Assembly (NCBI GenBank): GCA_050251575.1
Contig: JBFWMP010000001.1
Coordinates: 7,913-71,912, forward strand
Length of the DNA stretch: 64,000 nucleotides
From: Clostridia bacterium
GTDB taxonomy: Bacteria; Bacillota; Clostridia; SK-Y3
Direction of reading: 5' to 3'
Positions 9,206 to 19,643 of this stretch are shown here, piece by piece (positions within the stretch are counted from its first letter, which is position 1; each line of letters begins with the position of its first letter). The translations under genes were made by a program, and so were the position numbers. The notes below the pieces were generated by a model that was given only the letters and a program-made list of their open reading frames with translations, was not told the DNA's origin and made no database searches.

Positions 9206-10354
9206 TTATTTTAAAACCTTTTCATACAGCCAATGCTTTTTGATATCTACTGCCTTCTTAGGGCAGAGTTCATGACAGCAAAAACATCGGATGCATTTAT
9301 CAAGCTCAACTTGAGGCCTTCCGTTATTCATATTAATAGCTTTAGGCGGACAGCTCCGGTAACAGTCACCGCAAGAAACGCATTGGTCATAATCAAATAC
9401 CGGTTTCGGCCGCAAAGTACCAAGCACCCATTCTTCGATAAACTTAGGAATTCTTCCACCAAAAAAATTAACATTTATTGATTTCGGCAGTTTAAAGGGC
9501 AGTATACTAATGTCCTTCAATGGTATACCCTCAATTGATATATCATTAACCGACGCCCGGCAAAGGCCTCTCTTGTCCGCAGCATTTATAGTCGGAATGT
9601 TTTGCGGATCCATTCCAATGATGTGAGCAGCGGTTACATCCAAAGCATAAGGGCTCGTGGATGCCATTACAAGACCAACGCTTCTCTTTTCACCCGATGA
9701 GGGTCCGTCCCCTTCCATTCCCTCTATTCCATCAATAATAGAAATTACCGGACAGACATACTCACAAATATCAATAAGATGTTCTGCAAAATTATCCACG
9801 TCATTCATTTTTAAATGATAATCTGCTTTTATCAAACCAGGTATTACCCCAAAAAGGTTTTTCACCGCCCCTGTAAATGTCATCATTCCATGAGTTTTGA
9901 GTTTGGCAGCAGATACAACAAAATCTACGTCCTCTAATATTTTAATTATCTGCATGGTCTTCAAACGCAATGCTTTATCATTATTGACTTCTATTATTGA
10001 CGTGTCATAATTCAATATACATCCTGTCTTTTTTGCAACTTCAGTCATTCCCGATGCAGTATATACCCATCTTAGCATCTTTTCATTATAAGGACCGCCA
10101 GGGCTATCCCCTAGCATAACTATGCAGCCATTTTCCTGTAAATATTCAACAATTGCTTGCACAATGCTCGGATGTGTAGTCACCGCATCTTCCGGCTTAT
10201 TTCTTTTCAAAAGATTCACCTTTACCAAGACTTTAGATCCTTGCTTCACTCTTGCCTTCATGTGTTCTATACCATTTAAGCATTCAAAAACTGCTGTTTT
10301 TACATGCTCATAATCATAGTCCTGGCATCTTGCAATATACACGCTATCCAACAA
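9206..10354 (-). CDS. DUF362-type protein with C-terminal 2x[4Fe-4S] ferredoxin domain
   Basis: KVLVKVNLL, TTHP, KLKTH, GAVKNLFG, MEGDGP; CVSCGDCYRSCP and CIRCFCCHELCP. Confidence 0.85.
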   Translation of the reverse strand: MLDSVYIARCQDYDYEHVKTAVFECLNGIEHMKARVKQGSKVLVKVNLLKRNKPEDAVTTHPSIVQAIVEYLQENGCIVMLGDSPGGPYNEKMLRWVYTASGMTEVAKKTGCILNYDTSIIEVNNDKALRLKTMQIIKILEDVDFVVSAAKLKTHGMMTFTGAVKNLFGVIPGLIKADYHLKMNDVDNFAEHLIDICEYVCPVISIIDGIEGMEGDGPSSGEKRSVGLVMASTSPYALDVTAAHIIGMDPQNIPTINAADKRGLCRASVNDISIEGIPLKDISILPFKLPKSINVNFFGGRIPKFIEEWVLGTLRPKPVFDYDQCVSCGDCYRSCPPKAINMNNGRPQVELDKCIRCFCCHELCPKKAVDIKKHWLYEKVLK

Positions 10355-10422
10355 CCCAACCTCCCTTACTTTAACTAAATACTATAGTAAAATGCTATGT
10401 ACAATACAAAAAATCTACACAA

Positions 10423-11100
10423 TTATATTACCTGTTTATTTAGTTCTTTCATAATCGCCAGCCCTGCACTGGTGCCAATGCGATTTGCTCCCGCTTCTAT
10501 CATAGTGATAGCATCCTCCAGGTTGCGAATTCCCCCCGCAGCTTTTACTTTCATGACTTCTCCAACCGTTTGCCGCATCACTGCTATATCCTCCTTTGTT
10601 GCACTGGATGGTCCAAATCCGGTGGAAGTCTTAACATAATGCGCTCCTGCGCTTTGTGCCAATCGGCAAGCCATTACCTTTTCTTCACCAGTCAGATAAC
10701 AGACCTCGATAATAACCTTTACTACTGCACCCCGCCCTGCATTTACAACTGCACGTATATCACTTTCTACTAATTGAATATTTCCTTCTTTGAGGGCACC
10801 AATATTAATAACCATATCAAGCTCATGTGCACCATCATCTACTGCTTTTTCTGCCTCATATGCTTTCACATCAGAAGTATTTGCCCCTAAAGGAAAACCT
10901 ATAACCACCGCCACCTTAATATCTGTCTCCTTAAGTTCTTGGGCAGCTAGTTTGACATGACAGGGATTCACACACACTGCTGCAAAATGATTATCCTTTG
11001 CCTCTTTGCACAGTACCCTAACTTGCTCACTGGTTGCTGCCGCCTTTAGGATCGTATGATCAATCATACCCGCTATTGTTTCTTTATCAATATTCCTCAC
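10423..11100 (-). CDS. deoC: Deoxyribose-phosphate aldolase (start probably GTG 11100)
   Basis: [45 protein letters not shown]. Confidence 0.95.
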   Translation of the reverse strand: MRNIDKETIAGMIDHTILKAAATSEQVRVLCKEAKDNHFAAVCVNPCHVKLAAQELKETDIKVAVVIGFPLGANTSDVKAYEAEKAVDDGAHELDMVINIGALKEGNIQLVESDIRAVVNAGRGAVVKVIIEVCYLTGEEKVMACRLAQSAGAHYVKTSTGFGPSSATKEDIAVMRQTVGEVMKVKAAGGIRNLEDAITMIEAGANRIGTSAGLAIMKELNKQVI

Positions 11101-11196
11101 TTTTTTCCACCCTCTCATCTATACTATCAATATCGGCAAATAATTTTTATCGTCATTTTCCAAACAAAAATGAATAGTCAAAGCGAGAGTTTTTTT

Positions 11197-11220
11197 CTCC
11201 CCACTATTCACTCCTCACTA
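11197..11220. repeat. Degenerate heptamer repeat CTCCCCA-CTATTCA-CTCCTCA
   Basis: 7-bp period; same units recur at 39741 (inverted) and 39855. Confidence 0.6.
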
Positions 11221-11289
11221 AAAGAAAACTTATCTACTGATAACGTTTAACATGATATATATTATACTAACTAAGGTCTGCTAATATCT

Positions 11290-12108
11290 TCATACTTTAG
11301 AAATATTTCTGCCATAAAAGATTTCAGTCATCTCTTTTTTCAGACGCTGTTTTATCTTTTTCTTTTCCCCTACTTCAAGCTCTTTCTTACTCACTCCGAA
11401 TAAGTAATTATCCAGATCAAATTCCTTCAGCTTCATCTTTGTATGAAAGATATTCTCCTGGTATACATTTACATCAATCATCTGGTATTTATTCTTTTTT
11501 TGATTCGAAATATAATTCTGTATTGAATTTATTTTATGGTCTATAAAAAACTTTCTCCCTTGAATATCCCTGGTAAATCCCCTCACTCTATAGTCAAGAG
11601 TAACAATATCAGGGCTAAAAGAGTCCAGCAAAAAATTTAAAGCATTCAATGGAGAAATACGGCCACAAGTTGATACATCAATATCCGCTCTAAAAGTACT
11701 AATGCCGTCATCAGGATGACTTTCGGGATAGGTATGGACAGTAATATGGCTCTTGTCTAAATGAGCAACAACAGCATCCGACGCCGGTATTTGAAGCTCC
11801 TGCTGCTGCGGCTCACTTAAATGATCATTAATGATTTTCTCCTCTGATATCAACATGGTTACGCTGGCACCTTGCGGTTCATAATCCTGTTTAGCAATAT
11901 TTAATATATTTGCTCCTATTATTTTAGAAACGTCCGTAAGAATTTGTGTCAATCTATCTGCATTATATTGCTCATCAATATATTCTATATATCCCTTTCG
12001 ATGCTCTAAAGCTTCAGCATAACATATGTCATATATATTAAAACTTAATGTTTTTGTTAAGTTATTAAATCCATATAGTTTTAATTTTTTAAAAGACTTA
12101 ATTCCCAT
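11290..12108 (-). CDS. speD: S-adenosylmethionine decarboxylase proenzyme, E. coli SpeD type
   Basis: [38 protein letters not shown] self-cleavage region, IDVSTCG. Confidence 0.95.
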   Translation of the reverse strand: MGIKSFKKLKLYGFNNLTKTLSFNIYDICYAEALEHRKGYIEYIDEQYNADRLTQILTDVSKIIGANILNIAKQDYEPQGASVTMLISEEKIINDHLSEPQQQELQIPASDAVVAHLDKSHITVHTYPESHPDDGISTFRADIDVSTCGRISPLNALNFLLDSFSPDIVTLDYRVRGFTRDIQGRKFFIDHKINSIQNYISNQKKNKYQMIDVNVYQENIFHTKMKLKEFDLDNYLFGVSKKELEVGEKKKIKQRLKKEMTEIFYGRNISKV

Positions 12109-12221
12109 TATTTATCTCCTCTTTCTGATGCCTACATATCTATATTTTATCAGAATTCTCTTTAAAAACATATATGTTCTACTTTTTATCTATTAGTTTA
12201 ACCATAATAATTCTAAAATAC

Positions 12222-12265
12222 TAATGCATAAATAGGGACGTATATACGTCCTTATTTATGCATTA
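12222..12265. terminator. 44-bp near-perfect palindrome downstream of sdpI-like gene
   Basis: TAATGCATAAATAGGGACGTAT|ATACGTCCTTATTTATGCATTA, one mismatch. Confidence 0.65.
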
Positions 12266-12321
12266 TGGAAACTTTCTTTAATTATAGTTTATATCTACGA
12301 AAAACAGCTTAAGACAATACT

Positions 12322-12972
12322 TTATTTTGTTTCCTTTCTAAACCTTATCCAAGAGTAAATTATAGGCTCTATCGCTGAAACAAAAATTAATGTAAAGTAT
12401 ACTACACTACTTCCCATGCCGGGAACAAAAGCCAATCCGCTCATTATAAATCCTGTTCCAAACCATACAAATCCCCCATGCCGGTGAGATTTGGTCCATA
12501 CAACCTCATTGGCCAATGTCCATGGCGTTTTTATTCCTACAAAGTAATTTTGCTTTAACTTTGGCATAAGATTACCAAGAATTATAAAAAGAATTCCTAC
12601 GAGAAATTTGATAATAGTATCAACCTTTAAAAAGGTAGCTCCCATGCTGGTAAAAATGATAATAATCTGCATGACTGCAAGAAAAATTATCACAAACAAT
12701 CTTATAATAAAATATTGGGGCTTGAATTTTTCATAATTCTCTTTCTTAGGATCTATCTTTGGCAACACTGAAATCAAAACAGTAATAATGATTCCAAGTA
12801 AAGGGATTGCAAAAGCCCATGGAAACTTTGAGTACCACGCATCGATTTCACCATGAATATTCCAATGCATAGGTATCTGGTCCGGCAACTTCTCAAAAAC
12901 TATCAAAGTCAGAAGCACCGGCAGCATAGAAAATGCCCACATCAGTCTTACAATAATTTTCTCATTTTTCAC
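12322..12972 (-). CDS. sdpI: SdpI-family immunity membrane protein (DUF1648 + SdpI)
   Basis: LPDQIPMHWNIHGEID, IDPKKENY, NYFVGIKTPWTL...WTKSHR; multiple TM segments. Confidence 0.85.
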   Translation of the reverse strand: MKNEKIIVRLMWAFSMLPVLLTLIVFEKLPDQIPMHWNIHGEIDAWYSKFPWAFAIPLLGIIITVLISVLPKIDPKKENYEKFKPQYFIIRLFVIIFLAVMQIIIIFTSMGATFLKVDTIIKFLVGILFIILGNLMPKLKQNYFVGIKTPWTLANEVVWTKSHRHGGFVWFGTGFIMSGLAFVPGMGSSVVYFTLIFVSAIEPIIYSWIRFRKETK

Positions 12973-13240
12973 GCCTATCAGCTCCCCTCAATTCGATAAA
13001 CCAAGCCATAATCTCTTCAATCACCGAGGTATTTAACTCGTAAAAAATATATTTGCCATCTCGTCGATCAGATACAAGTCCTGCTTCCTTCAATACGGAA
13101 AGATGATGGGATACAGTTGCTTGTGTCATCGAAAAGCGACCCGCAATATCTCCCGCGGTCATATCTCCATTCTTTAGTAAGTTCAATATTTCCCGCCGTG
13201 TTTTGTCTGACATCGACTTTAAGGATTCATGAAAACCCAC
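12962..13240 (-). CDS. sdpR: ArsR-family autorepressor, SdpR-like
   Basis: SDKTRREILNLL...MTAGDIA...SHHLSVLKEAGLV...GKYIFYELNTSV; overlaps the sdpI start. Confidence 0.8.
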   Translation of the reverse strand: MGFHESLKSMSDKTRREILNLLKNGDMTAGDIAGRFSMTQATVSHHLSVLKEAGLVSDRRDGKYIFYELNTSVIEEIMAWFIELRGADRREK

Positions 13241-13257
13241 ACTAAAACCTCCATACG

Positions 13258-13332
13258 TTTAGATTGCTATCTAAATATCATTATACTACGCAATATAAAA
13301 TTTGACAATAGTTATTTAGATATTAATCTAAA
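13258..13332 (-). promoter_or_regulatory. sigmaA promoter (TTGTCA-17-TATAAT) bracketed by two TTTAGA-N6-TCTAAA operators
   Basis: Palindromes at 13258-13275 and 13315-13332; -35 at 13303-13308, -10 at 13280-13285 on the minus strand. Confidence 0.65.
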
Positions 13333-13348
13333 TGAAAATTATGGGTTT

Positions 13349-13588
13349 TCATCTCTCCTTTTGAAGAATCTTTACAATTTCTTTTGGTTTAAGCACCTTG
13401 CCAAAAGATACAACCTTTTCGTCAACAACAAGTCCTGGTGTAGACATGATTCCATACTGCGCTATTTCCGCAAAATCCGTTACCTTAACAATTTCTGCCT
13501 CTACACCAAGTTCCATCAATGCGGCTTTTGCATTTTCCGCAAGTGTCACGCAGCTTTTGCATCCTGAACCTAAAATTTTAATAGTCAT
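13349..13588 (-). CDS. Small thioredoxin-like redox-active disulfide protein (MTH895 type)
   Basis: IKILGSGCKSC, YGIMSTPGLVVD. Confidence 0.88.
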   Translation of the reverse strand: MTIKILGSGCKSCVTLAENAKAALMELGVEAEIVKVTDFAEIAQYGIMSTPGLVVDEKVVSFGKVLKPKEIVKILQKER

Positions 13589-13630
13589 AATCAATTCTCC
13601 TTTATATAATTTATTGGTTTTATATTTTTA

Positions 13631-14635
13631 TTACATAAGCAAATAACTAAACGCATTAAATACATAACCGATTATAATAATACCTACAGTAACAATGCTT
13701 ACAAATATTGCTAGCAGCTTTATCTTAACCACTTTTTTCAACATAATCATAGATGGGAGCGAAAGTGCAGTTACGCCCATCATAAAGGATAATGCCGTGC
13801 CAATTCCTACCCCTTTCAAAACCAGTGCCTCAGCGATAGGCAGCGTACCAAAAATATCAGCATACATAGGAATACCTGCAAAGGTTGCCAATAGAACAGA
13901 ATACCATTTGTCTCGACCTAGTACAGCAGCTATTACTGATTCCGGAATATAATTATGAATGGCAGCACCTATTCCTACGCCTATAAGGATATATATCCAC
14001 ACCTTTTTGATAATCCCTAACACTTGATCCTTCGCAAAATCTATCCTGTCACGAGTAGTCAACTCTTCTTGTTCAACTTCAATCATTTTATTGTTAAAAA
14101 CAAATGGCTCAACATATTCTTCAAGTTTTAACTTGCTGATGATAGTCCCACCAATTACTGCAAGTATAATACCTACAATTACATAGGCTATCGCAATCTT
14201 CCAGTTAAATATACTTGCAAGCAAAATCACAGATGCCAAATCTACAAGAGGTGAAGATATCAAAAACGAGAATGTAACACCAATCGGCAACCCTGCACTC
14301 GTAAAACCTATAAATAAAGGGATGGATGAGCAGGAACAAAATGGCGTAACAGTTCCAAGTAATGCTGCTAATATGTTCGCTGAAATCCCCTTAAATCTAC
14401 CTAAAATCTTTTTAGTTCTCTCAGGCGGGAAGAAACTTTGGATGTATGAAATCATAAATATCAAAACAGAGAGTAATATGAATATTTTCACAACATCATA
14501 AATAAAAAAGTGAATACTCCCCCCAATTCTACTATTTAAATCTAAGCCAAATGCATTTTTAACAAGTAACGTCACCAAATCACTAAGCCATTCCATTTTA
14601 AGTAATTGGTTATTTAACCATTCAATTATAAACAA
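13631..14635 (-). CDS. ArsP/DUF318-family permease
   Basis: TPFCSCSSIP, FLISSP, GIPMY, ALSLP motifs; arsR-permease-thioredoxin context. Confidence 0.85.
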   Translation of the reverse strand: MFIIEWLNNQLLKMEWLSDLVTLLVKNAFGLDLNSRIGGSIHFFIYDVVKIFILLSVLIFMISYIQSFFPPERTKKILGRFKGISANILAALLGTVTPFCSCSSIPLFIGFTSAGLPIGVTFSFLISSPLVDLASVILLASIFNWKIAIAYVIVGIILAVIGGTIISKLKLEEYVEPFVFNNKMIEVEQEELTTRDRIDFAKDQVLGIIKKVWIYILIGVGIGAAIHNYIPESVIAAVLGRDKWYSVLLATFAGIPMYADIFGTLPIAEALVLKGVGIGTALSFMMGVTALSLPSMIMLKKVVKIKLLAIFVSIVTVGIIIIGYVFNAFSYLLM

Positions 14636-14647
14636 GAAATCATCTCC

Positions 14648-14959
14648 TTAACCTTCTTTTTCATATTTACTACCTTTATTGATTTTAAATCCGATATCAT
14701 CAAACAGATTCTTTAACGAATCCAACCCATCTTCATTAATAGAATATTTCATCCATACTCCATCACGCCGAGCATTAACAAGCCCGCTTTCACATAGCAA
14801 TTTCATATGATAAGAAAGTGTGGGCTGTGTTATATTAAAATCCTCAAGAATATTGCAAGCACAAAGCTCTCCTTTAGACAGCATATCGAAGATTCTTATT
14901 CTCGTTTCATCTCCTAACGCTTTCATAAACAAGGCATACTTTTCATAGTTCTTACTCAT
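14648..14959 (-). CDS. arsR: ArsR/SmtB metalloregulator (start probably ATG 14959)
   Basis: KALGDETRIRI, GELCAC, TQPTLSYHMK. Confidence 0.88.
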   Translation of the reverse strand: MSKNYEKYALFMKALGDETRIRIFDMLSKGELCACNILEDFNITQPTLSYHMKLLCESGLVNARRDGVWMKYSINEDGLDSLKNLFDDIGFKINKGSKYEKEG

Positions 14960-14987
14960 TTTCTTCACCCCCGTATTAAATTCTTCT

Positions 14988-15042
14988 AAGACATAGATAA
15001 TCTTCTATATCTAGAATACTCCAAGACATAGATAAATGTCAA
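14988..15042 (-). promoter_or_regulatory. arsR promoter with duplicated operator-like AAGACATAGATAA
   Basis: 13-bp direct repeat at 14988-15000 and 15023-15035; TTGACA on minus strand at 15037-15042. Confidence 0.55.
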
Positions 15043-15090
15043 TATGCTATTCATATTATGATTATATTTTTAGAAAGTTCCTCTTCTTAT

Positions 15091-15142
15091 GAATACATAA
15101 CGGCTTCTAAGATTCATGAATCTTAGAAGCCGTTATGTATTC
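15091..15142. repeat. Perfect 52-bp loopless palindrome overlapping the ung stop codon
   Basis: GAATACATAACGGCTTCTAAGATTCA|TGAATCTTAGAAGCCGTTATGTATTC. Confidence 0.9.
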
Positions 15143-15807
15143 GGAATTTGCCAATCCATTTCAGTTTGTCCAGTTTCTTTTAAGAATTTATTGGCTTTCG
15201 AAAAGTGTTTACAGCCGAAAAATCCTCTGTGAGCCGAAAGCGGGCTTGGATGCACTGAGCTTAAAATCAAGTGCTTTTTATTGGTTATGTATTTTGATTT
15301 ATCCTTTGCATTATTTCCCCACAATAAAAATACTATAGGGGTATCCTTCTTGTTTAACAATTGTATTATCTTATCGGTAAAAAATTCCCATCCCTTATTT
15401 CTATGGGAATTGGCAATATTCCCCACAACTGTTAAGCTTGTATTAAGTAAAAGCACACCCTGCTTTGCCCATGGTACTAAATATCCATTATTGGGCATAT
15501 AACAGTTTAAATCGGTAACCAGCTCTTTGAAAACATTAATCAAGGATGGTGGAATACCAACTCCCTTTTGAACAGAAAAAGCCAGCCCATGGGCTTGATT
15601 TTCTCCATGATAGGGATCCTGACCTATAATTATAACTTTCACATCTTTATATGCTGTCAATTTCAAAGCTTCAAAGATGTTGTATTTTTCAGGATATATC
15701 GTTTTCGTGCTGTATTCTTTCGCAAGAAACTGCCTTAAATTCAAGTAATATTCCTTGTGAAATTCATCTTTCAGTAACTCATCCCAGTCATTATCAAATT
15801 TAACCAA
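15133..15807 (-). CDS. ung: Uracil-DNA glycosylase (family 1)
   Basis: GQDPYH, GLAFSV, PPSL, GVLLLN, HPSPLS. Confidence 0.97.
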   Translation of the reverse strand: MVKFDNDWDELLKDEFHKEYYLNLRQFLAKEYSTKTIYPEKYNIFEALKLTAYKDVKVIIIGQDPYHGENQAHGLAFSVQKGVGIPPSLINVFKELVTDLNCYMPNNGYLVPWAKQGVLLLNTSLTVVGNIANSHRNKGWEFFTDKIIQLLNKKDTPIVFLLWGNNAKDKSKYITNKKHLILSSVHPSPLSAHRGFFGCKHFSKANKFLKETGQTEMDWQIPNT

Positions 15808-16063
15808 AATTAACCACCATCCTAATATTCTCTATAGTTAAATATGTCCAGAATTTATATAATTACAATACCATGAAAAAAAATAATTTTAAATACTTTC
15901 TAAATTATATTTTTCTTTCTATGATTTGCACAACTTAAGGATCAGCAATCCTCCAACCCCTTCCACTAAATCTTTCTCAAATAAGTACTTAAAGATTCGG
16001 ATATTTTATACCATAAAAGCAGAAAATAATTTGAAGAAAACAACATATACTGGGAGGAACATC

Positions 16064-17629
16064 ATGAATATAGCTGAAAAAAATAATTTTAAAACATCCC
16101 CTCAATCCTATTGGTTAGCTTCCACAGCTTCTACAAATTATCCTGCTTTAGCTGAAGATATAAATGTAGATGTAGCAATTATTGGCGGCGGACTGGCAGG
16201 AATCTCATGTGCGTATCTGTTAAGGAAAGAAGGTTTAAAAGTAGCAATTCTCGAAGCCAATCGAATCAGCCAAGGTACTACAGGGCATACAACAGCAAAA
16301 GTCACATCACAGCATGATCTTATTTATTATAAAATAAAAAGTCAAATGGGTGAAGAGTTAGCAAAACAATACGCTGTCGCTAATGAGTCTGCTATTCACG
16401 AAATAAAGAAAATTGCAGACAATCATCATATCGATTGTGATTATACCTCTCAGTCCGCATTTATATATACACAGCAGGAGGAATACATCCAAAAAATCAG
16501 TGATGAAGTCACCGCCGCTTCAAGCTTGGGCATTAAGGCTTCGTATGTAGAAGAGATACCTTTGCCGATATCCATCAAGGCAGCTGTCCGTTTTGATAAT
16601 CAGGCTCAATTTCATCCTCGCAAATACCTTCTAGCCTTGGCAGAAGATATCTATAATAATGGCGGTCGTATATTTGAGCAAAGCAGAGCTGTAGATATTG
16701 AGGAAAGCAGCAGTTATATCATTACTACTGCTCAAGGAAAAAAGGTGACTGCACAAAAGGTTATCATTGCATCTCATTATCCTTTTTACAATAAACATGG
16801 GATGTACTTTACAAGACTTTTTTCTGAAAGGTCCTATGTTGTTGCTATTAAGGCAAACGAAGAATACCCGGGCGGAATGTATATAAACGCTGAAGATCCA
16901 GCACGCTCGCTCCGATATCAAGATTCCGAAAGTGGTAAGCTTATATTGGTTGGCGGAGATCATCATAAAACAGGGCAAGGAAAAGATACTCTCAAACATT
17001 ATGAAGCATTAATAAATTTTGCACATGATATTTTTACTATAGAAGATATTCCTTTCCGATGGTCTACCCAGGATTGTATGACCTTAGACGGTTTACCTTA
17101 TGTGGGACATTTTACTTCTGATACCCCTAATATGTATATTACTACTGGGTTTGGGAAATGGGGGATGACGAACAGCATGGTTTCTGCTATGATTCTTAAA
17201 GACTTGATTACAAAGGGTGAAAGCCCATGGCAGGACGTCTATAATCCGTCACGTCAAACTATTGCTCCATCTGCAAAGAATTTTATTGTGGAAAACTTTA
17301 ATGTTGCAGAGCAGCTTATTGCCGGGAAGCTTTCTTCGTCACCTAAAGATGTGGACGTTAGATCCGGAGAAGGAAAGGTCATAGAAGTAAGTGGAAAAAG
17401 GACTGGCGCATATAGGGATGAACAGGGTACTCTCTATTTGGTAAATACGACATGTACCCATATGGGATGTGAATTAAACTGGAATTCTGCTGAAAAGTCC
17501 TGGGATTGTCCTTGTCATGGTTCGAGATTTTCGTATAAAGGGGAAATAATCGAAGGGCCGGCGGTAAAACCTCTAACGGTTAGTAATGATGTTAATACTA
17601 TTGAAAAATTATTTAAGGACGATTTCTAA
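16064..17629 (+). CDS. FAD-dependent oxidoreductase with C-terminal Rieske domain (YhfW-like); start ATG 16064
   Basis: GGAGG SD; IIGGGLAG FAD motif, GFGKWGMT, CTHMGC...WDCPCHGSRF. Confidence 0.88.
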   Translation: MNIAEKNNFKTSPQSYWLASTASTNYPALAEDINVDVAIIGGGLAGISCAYLLRKEGLKVAILEANRISQGTTGHTTAKVTSQHDLIYYKIKSQMGEELAKQYAVANESAIHEIKKIADNHHIDCDYTSQSAFIYTQQEEYIQKISDEVTAASSLGIKASYVEEIPLPISIKAAVRFDNQAQFHPRKYLLALAEDIYNNGGRIFEQSRAVDIEESSSYIITTAQGKKVTAQKVIIASHYPFYNKHGMYFTRLFSERSYVVAIKANEEYPGGMYINAEDPARSLRYQDSESGKLILVGGDHHKTGQGKDTLKHYEALINFAHDIFTIEDIPFRWSTQDCMTLDGLPYVGHFTSDTPNMYITTGFGKWGMTNSMVSAMILKDLITKGESPWQDVYNPSRQTIAPSAKNFIVENFNVAEQLIAGKLSSSPKDVDVRSGEGKVIEVSGKRTGAYRDEQGTLYLVNTTCTHMGCELNWNSAEKSWDCPCHGSRFSYKGEIIEGPAVKPLTVSNDVNTIEKLFKDDF

Positions 17630-17773
17630 TAACCTTGGAGCTCAAAAGCTTCTTTCATAATTTATGGTAGTATTCTATTGTAAATTAGCATAGTATATAC
17701 TACACTCTTATGCGTATTTGTATTATAATGCATATATGATAATTTATAAATAGAATTAAAAGGAGATTGTATT

Positions 17774-18283
17774 ATGTCTAAATTCATTGAAATTAAACTT
17801 GAAGAATTTGAGCAAAGTCCATTTAAGCTTATAGGTAAAGACTGGATGCTCGTCACTGCTGAAAAAGATGGGAAAGCTAATACTATGACTGCCTCTTGGG
17901 GTGGCCTTGGTGTCATGTGGGGGAAGAACGTTGCCTATGTTGTTATTCGTCCCCAACGCTACACCAAGGAGTTTATCGATAACTCGGATACGTTTTCACT
18001 CTCTTTTCTTGATGACAGTTTTAGAAAAACTCTTAATTATCTTGGATCAACGTCTGGAAGAACTGAAGATAAAATGAAAAAATCTCAACTGACTGTTGTT
18101 CATACCGATGAGGTTCCATATTTTGAAGAAGCAAATATAGCTGTTCTATGTAAGAAGTTATACGCACAGGAATATAAGCCGGAGTGTTTCATTGCTCAAG
18201 AGCTCACAGAAAAATGGTATCCTAATGTTGATTACCACACACTATATATCGCAGAAATTACAAAGATTCTTATCAAAGAATAA
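17774..18283 (+). CDS. Flavin reductase-like / flavoredoxin protein
   Basis: WMLVTA, NTMTASWGGLG, IRPQRYT, GSTSGR, DYHTLYIAEI. Confidence 0.85.
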   Translation: MSKFIEIKLEEFEQSPFKLIGKDWMLVTAEKDGKANTMTASWGGLGVMWGKNVAYVVIRPQRYTKEFIDNSDTFSLSFLDDSFRKTLNYLGSTSGRTEDKMKKSQLTVVHTDEVPYFEEANIAVLCKKLYAQEYKPECFIAQELTEKWYPNVDYHTLYIAEITKILIKE

Positions 18284-18314
18284 ATAGAATATCCGTAGCA
18301 AGTCAGGGAAGGTT

Positions 18315-18466
18315 GAGAGTACTGAAAAAATCAAGTGCCGTTGAAAGCGCCCCAAAATGTCATTCTGAGCGCAGCGAAGAATCTTAGCACTTAAGCAACT
18401 TTTAAGATTCTTCATTTCACTTTGTTTCATTCAGAATGACAGGATACGGACTTTTTCAGTACTCTC
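18315..18466. mobile_element. MITE-like element, copy 1 (152 bp, 18-bp TIRs, 8-bp target duplication, REP-like core)
   Basis: GAGAGTACTGAAAAAATC...GACTTTTTCAGTACTCTC (17/18); flanking direct repeat GGAAGGTT at 18307-18314 and 18467-18474; internal TGTCATTCTGAG...CAGAATGACA palindrome. Confidence 0.85.
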
Positions 18467-18506
18467 GGAAGGTTCTTGACTTGCTATCAACTCCTCACTT
18501 AATAGT

Positions 18507-19445
18507 CTAATATTGACTCTCTATAGATTTAATCCTATCATATAGTTCTTTATTTACAGGTGTAGGAACACCATATCTTCTACCTAGTTCCAATATTGTG
18601 CCCGAAAATAATTCCACCTCACTGTAACGTCTCGCCTCCACATCCTGGCGCATTGATGGCTTGCCCTCCGGGCTTAATGTGTCTAATACACTTAACCAAT
18701 AACTCAAATCCGCCTCAGTTAAATTTATACCTTCTTTCTGAGATAGAGTTATAACCTCTCTCATAGCTGAAATCATAGTATCTCTCGCTTGTCCTTCTCT
18801 TTGAATTTCACCGTAATTACTTTCATATACGGCAACCGTTTGATTCACACCCACATTAAGCATCAGTTTGCCCCATTGTCTATTATACATATTGGCAACC
18901 GCCTCATATGGGATTTCCATCTTTTCAAAAAACTCTGCCAGCATCTTTACTCTTTGTGACATAATGCCAGGTTCCTTTTCTCCAAAGCAGAGTATCCCCA
19001 TATGATCGTAAGTTAGTTTATTTCCCACCTTAACCGCATCCATACCTTGTGCAACACAATATAATACTTTTTCCATTCCATAAACCTGCCCAATAATGGC
19101 TTCACTTGTAATCCCATTCAATGCGGATAAAATAATAGTATGTTCACCTATTTGATTCTTTACAGCTTGTATAGCATCTTTTAGCCCATTATATTTAACT
19201 GTAAAAATGACCAAGTCTGCTGGTTTGCATAATTCTTCAGGTGTAATATAATGAAAGCTGCACCGTTCACCATTACAATAGACGGAGTTATTTTCATACT
19301 TTTTTATTCTGTTCTTATCTGCAATAATTCTTAAATTTCCTTCCGGCATTCTCTTAGATAAATGATTTCCAAATAAGATTCCTAATGCTCCTAATCCGAT
19401 AATCGATACTGTTCTTATTTCCATAATAGATCCGATTCCTCTCAT
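18507..19445 (-). CDS. panE: Ketopantoate reductase family protein
   Basis: IIGLGALG, FTVK, ALNG, WGKLMLN, PSMRQD...SEVELFSG. Confidence 0.8.
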   Translation of the reverse strand: MRGIGSIMEIRTVSIIGLGALGILFGNHLSKRMPEGNLRIIADKNRIKKYENNSVYCNGERCSFHYITPEELCKPADLVIFTVKYNGLKDAIQAVKNQIGEHTIILSALNGITSEAIIGQVYGMEKVLYCVAQGMDAVKVGNKLTYDHMGILCFGEKEPGIMSQRVKMLAEFFEKMEIPYEAVANMYNRQWGKLMLNVGVNQTVAVYESNYGEIQREGQARDTMISAMREVITLSQKEGINLTEADLSYWLSVLDTLSPEGKPSMRQDVEARRYSEVELFSGTILELGRRYGVPTPVNKELYDRIKSIESQY

Positions 19446-19517
19446 ATTATTAAATGAATTTTATCATGAAGTTATATATTATACAAATAGTTTTCCCATA
19501 CAGGAACTTGCCCCACC

Positions 19518-19546
19518 TTGACAATAATATGCTCAAATTATATAAT
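19518..19546 (+). promoter_or_regulatory. Consensus sigmaA promoter of gltX
   Basis: TTGACA-17-TATAAT exact match. Confidence 0.8.
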
Positions 19547-19561
19547 ATCAACGATTTAGTA

Positions 19562-19643
19562 AACAGGATTCTTAGGTTCAAGAAGAACCTTGGTTCTGCT
19601 TGAATCTCAGAAGCCGTTATCCAGAGGGTTAACAGGATTCTTA
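19562..19643 (+). repeat. Hairpin insert in the gltX leader flanked by 13-bp direct repeats
   Basis: AACAGGATTCTTA at 19562 and 19631; internal stem; TGAATCTCAGAAGCCGTTAT matches the 15091 palindrome arm at 19/20. Confidence 0.65.

Noticed and set aside
11290-12108. E. coli-type speD as evidence of recent horizontal transfer
   Set aside because: This class is known in clostridia and there are no mobility marks at the locus
15926-16063. N-terminal extension of the Rieske oxidoreductase
   Set aside because: GGAGG SD precedes ATG 16064; upstream sequence looks intergenic
18242-18430. 62-aa ORF, and the 102-aa ORF at 34253-34561
   Set aside because: Translations of the MITE/REP palindromes and antisense overlap; no protein motifs
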